The position numbers were made by a program, and so were the translations under genes. A stretch of 64,000 nt of DNA from Antedon mediterranea (lineage: Eukaryota > Animalia > Echinodermata): positions 20,085,648 to 20,149,647 of the forward strand of contig NC_092673.1 in the NCBI RefSeq assembly GCF_964355755.1, in the 5' to 3' direction. Numbering within the stretch: the first letter of the stretch is position 1; each line of letters opens with the position of its first letter. The notes under the pieces are model-generated. The model searched no databases. It worked only from the letters and a program-made list of their open reading frames with translations, and was not told the DNA's origin. Positions 61,452-64,000 of this stretch are shown piece by piece.

Positions 61452-64000
61452 TAACGGTTCACCAACAAATGCATACAGATACAACGATACTAATGAACGG
61501 TATGAATATTATCAACAATTAACGGGAAAAAGTGATGCAAAACAAATAGAACATTTTATCATTAATGGACAATTGTATGTGTTTGTCATCAACTACAAAA
61601 TAGGTGAAAAGGAAAACATAGACTCCTACATCTACATATTTGATTCACGAACGGGTAAGTGTATAATCTGTTTTGATTTAAAGAAGACAGACCCTGCATC
61701 CCAATTGACAGTATCACTGTAATGGGGAGAAGGGGTATATTCCAGATAACTGTTTTTTTATCTTATTCTTTTTTTTATGACAAGATCAATGTGTATACTT
61801 CGTTGTCAAGGTCACCTCTGCAAGACTTTTATTATTTTAGTTGGATGTGCGCACACTCAATAATGGTTTTGTTTTCACTTTTTTACTTTCACTCAATCTA
61901 GCTTTCTGCTAGTTTCTGTACGGCTCATAATAATAGACGATCTACGACTCACATCTTTTGAGTCCGGCACAGTTCCGATTCGGCGCCGTCAAATAAAATC
62001 GAACCTGAAGTTTCGTTTTCACGACGCTCCACGCGGCTATGCGCCAATAGATCGATAAGTGCATAACCACGTGGAGCGTCCTGAAAACGAAACACTAACA
62101 TTCAATTTGATTTGCCGTCGCCTGACCGGAATTGTGCCGGAAAAACTAGTTTTCTAAAGCTTTACGTCTTATCACTTAAACTTATTTAGGCACATCACTC
62201 TTTTTTGTCAAACTAGTTTGATAGTGTACACGTAATGTTACTGTGTCCATATTGGGCATTTTTTGTATGTGACCTAGAGACTGTGTAAACAGAGCTTTAG
62301 GTTGTGAACGAAATGCTTATAAGAAATGTTCCCGCTGTGATAGTTATGTGCCTGTGATCTGTGTAACTATAGTTACTATATGTATACCACCTCACCATCT
62401 TGTAGTTCCTACGTTTGTATCTCTCTTATTGTCCTTTTTATGATGTTTTTCCAAGTGTCACCAGTTGGAATTTTTATTGTTATCAATAAGTCGAAACGCC
62501 GTCTAGAAGTCCCGAGATTACTACACTATACATTTGTTGTGTTTTAGGTTTCCTCGCTCAACATCAAACGTTAGACACATGGGGTGGACATGACGCATCG
62601 TATTTAGAATTGAATTCAAATCATTATTTACTTGTGGTTGATTATCGTGAGCAACATAGTGTTGTAAACTCAACAGTATATAAATGGAATTTTAACAATA
62701 CCCAATTTGTAGAGTATGCTAAAATACCAGTTCGTGGTGGCCACAGTGGTAAACTATTCTCAATGGATGGTGTATTGTACGCGGCAATAGCAAACTATCT
62801 CACAACAACGAATGAATACACAATTAAATCTCACGTTTGGAAACTAAAACAAGGTAAGTGAAATGCAATTTTAGAAACGTATAATGATCCTCGTTCTCAC
62901 TGCAGTCTCGAATGACAGAAGACAATAAGTGAGGCTATGCTTTTGTCAAATTTAGCTAACAAACGACGTAAACCAGACCGACAAAGAGTCTAAGAATAGA
63001 AAATAACTTAGTTGGCGACGTGTCGGTGACAATTGACTGCGCGCGTGCCGCAGAATACATAATAATTGTGGTGTTACAGTTTAGTCCAGGCAGCAAATCG
63101 TACTTTATTGCCCACGTGCACGTGAAATGCGCAGCATTTTCAGGGAATTCTATTCCATACTGTCACTTTTTAGGTGGTGTTACTGAACTAGTACAGTCAC
63201 TTGACGAATCGGGCGCAGGATCAACTGGAATCGATGCATTCACAAATGACGGAGATACTTTCCTAGTAGGTGTCAATAAATTGGGCATGGATTGTGCACA
63301 GAACACAATAGTTTATAGATGGGACAAGTCGACTAATGAATTTAAAATTCATCAACGTATTCCTGTTGAACATTGCGCCTACAGATCTACCATTTTCAAG
63401 GTAAGTACAAAGTGCCCTTTTATTTTTACCATAAATAGCCAACGCCAAACATTTTCACTTCAGACCAATCGAATGTAATACTCTACTTTCGAGTCCGAAA
63501 CTTCGGTTGGACTGAATAAAGACAATGATTGAGTTGTGTGTCTACTGACAACGGTGTAGCTGGAAGTTATAGTAAAAAGACAAAAGTTGAGAAAGTATGG
63601 TTTTTTGAAAAGAAGAAGTGACCGCTTGTTGATTGATGGTAACAACATAGGAAAATATATTTGCAAAATAAAGGTGAGAGAGAAGAAGTGAATGGATAGA
63701 GAATTTGTATTCAATTGGAAAGGTGGACTAACTGAAGGCAAACAAGCGGCGTTCTATAGGAATTTCTACGATAATTAAGGACTTTGGGAAATGAGCTGAA
63801 CTTTTCTGTTATTATAAAAGGTGCTAACATATAAACCTTTATTTGTTTTATTAGTTGTAATGTCCCATAATGATAATATTGGGGTGTTTTTTGTTCGTGT
63901 TTTTACAGGTTGGCGGAGAAGTGTTTATAATAATAGCCACAACCAGATCGGAAAGAGGTGGAAGTAGTAATGATAAATATACTTCGTCATCTCCAATATT
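61452..64000 (+). CDS. EPTP/EAR-repeat (TSPEAR-like) gene, exons 61452-61654, 62548-62853, 63174-63400, 63909-beyond window
   Basis: Canonical AG/GT sites with consistent phases and an open frame; motifs HYLLVVDY..STVYKWN, LYAAIANY..SHVWKL, TFLVGVN..IVYRWD. Confidence 0.82.

Overview
AT-rich animal genomic DNA with spliceosomal introns and many transposons. The frequent TAGGCCTA words suggest an echinoderm-like marine invertebrate, which is an inference. The centrepiece is a 16.5-kb Polinton/Maverick (adintovirus-type) element at 25517-42034, with AGTAGT termini, ~0.54-kb TIRs and a TATACT target-site duplication (TSD). It encodes a protein-primed DNA polymerase B (pPolB), packaging ATPase, core proteins, adenain protease, major and minor capsid proteins, an integrase with a chromodomain, and a PC4-like ssDNA-binding protein. 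The pPolB gene appears to start with four short spliced exons, each ending in ATG|GT at phase 0; the ORF track misses these. They encode an acidic N-terminal extension with an IxCxE motif and an adenain-type cleavage site. The element is decayed: it has frameshifts, a deletion in the protease, and a tandem Helitron inside pPolB. It is one layer of a four-level nest: host intron > Tx1/L1-like LINE > Polinton > Helitron. The host gene appears to be a minus-strand MAM/PAN/EGF/EPTP multidomain gene, and an EPTP paralog lies on the plus strand at the right end. The left 21 kb is a ~4.65-kb tandem repeat whose copies differ by transposon insertions. The right side holds a four-copy array of a tRNA-like Pol III unit and two oppositely oriented copies of a 4-bp-TSD transposon that form a 6.9-kb quasi-palindrome. 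All coordinates were read by eye; no database searches were run.
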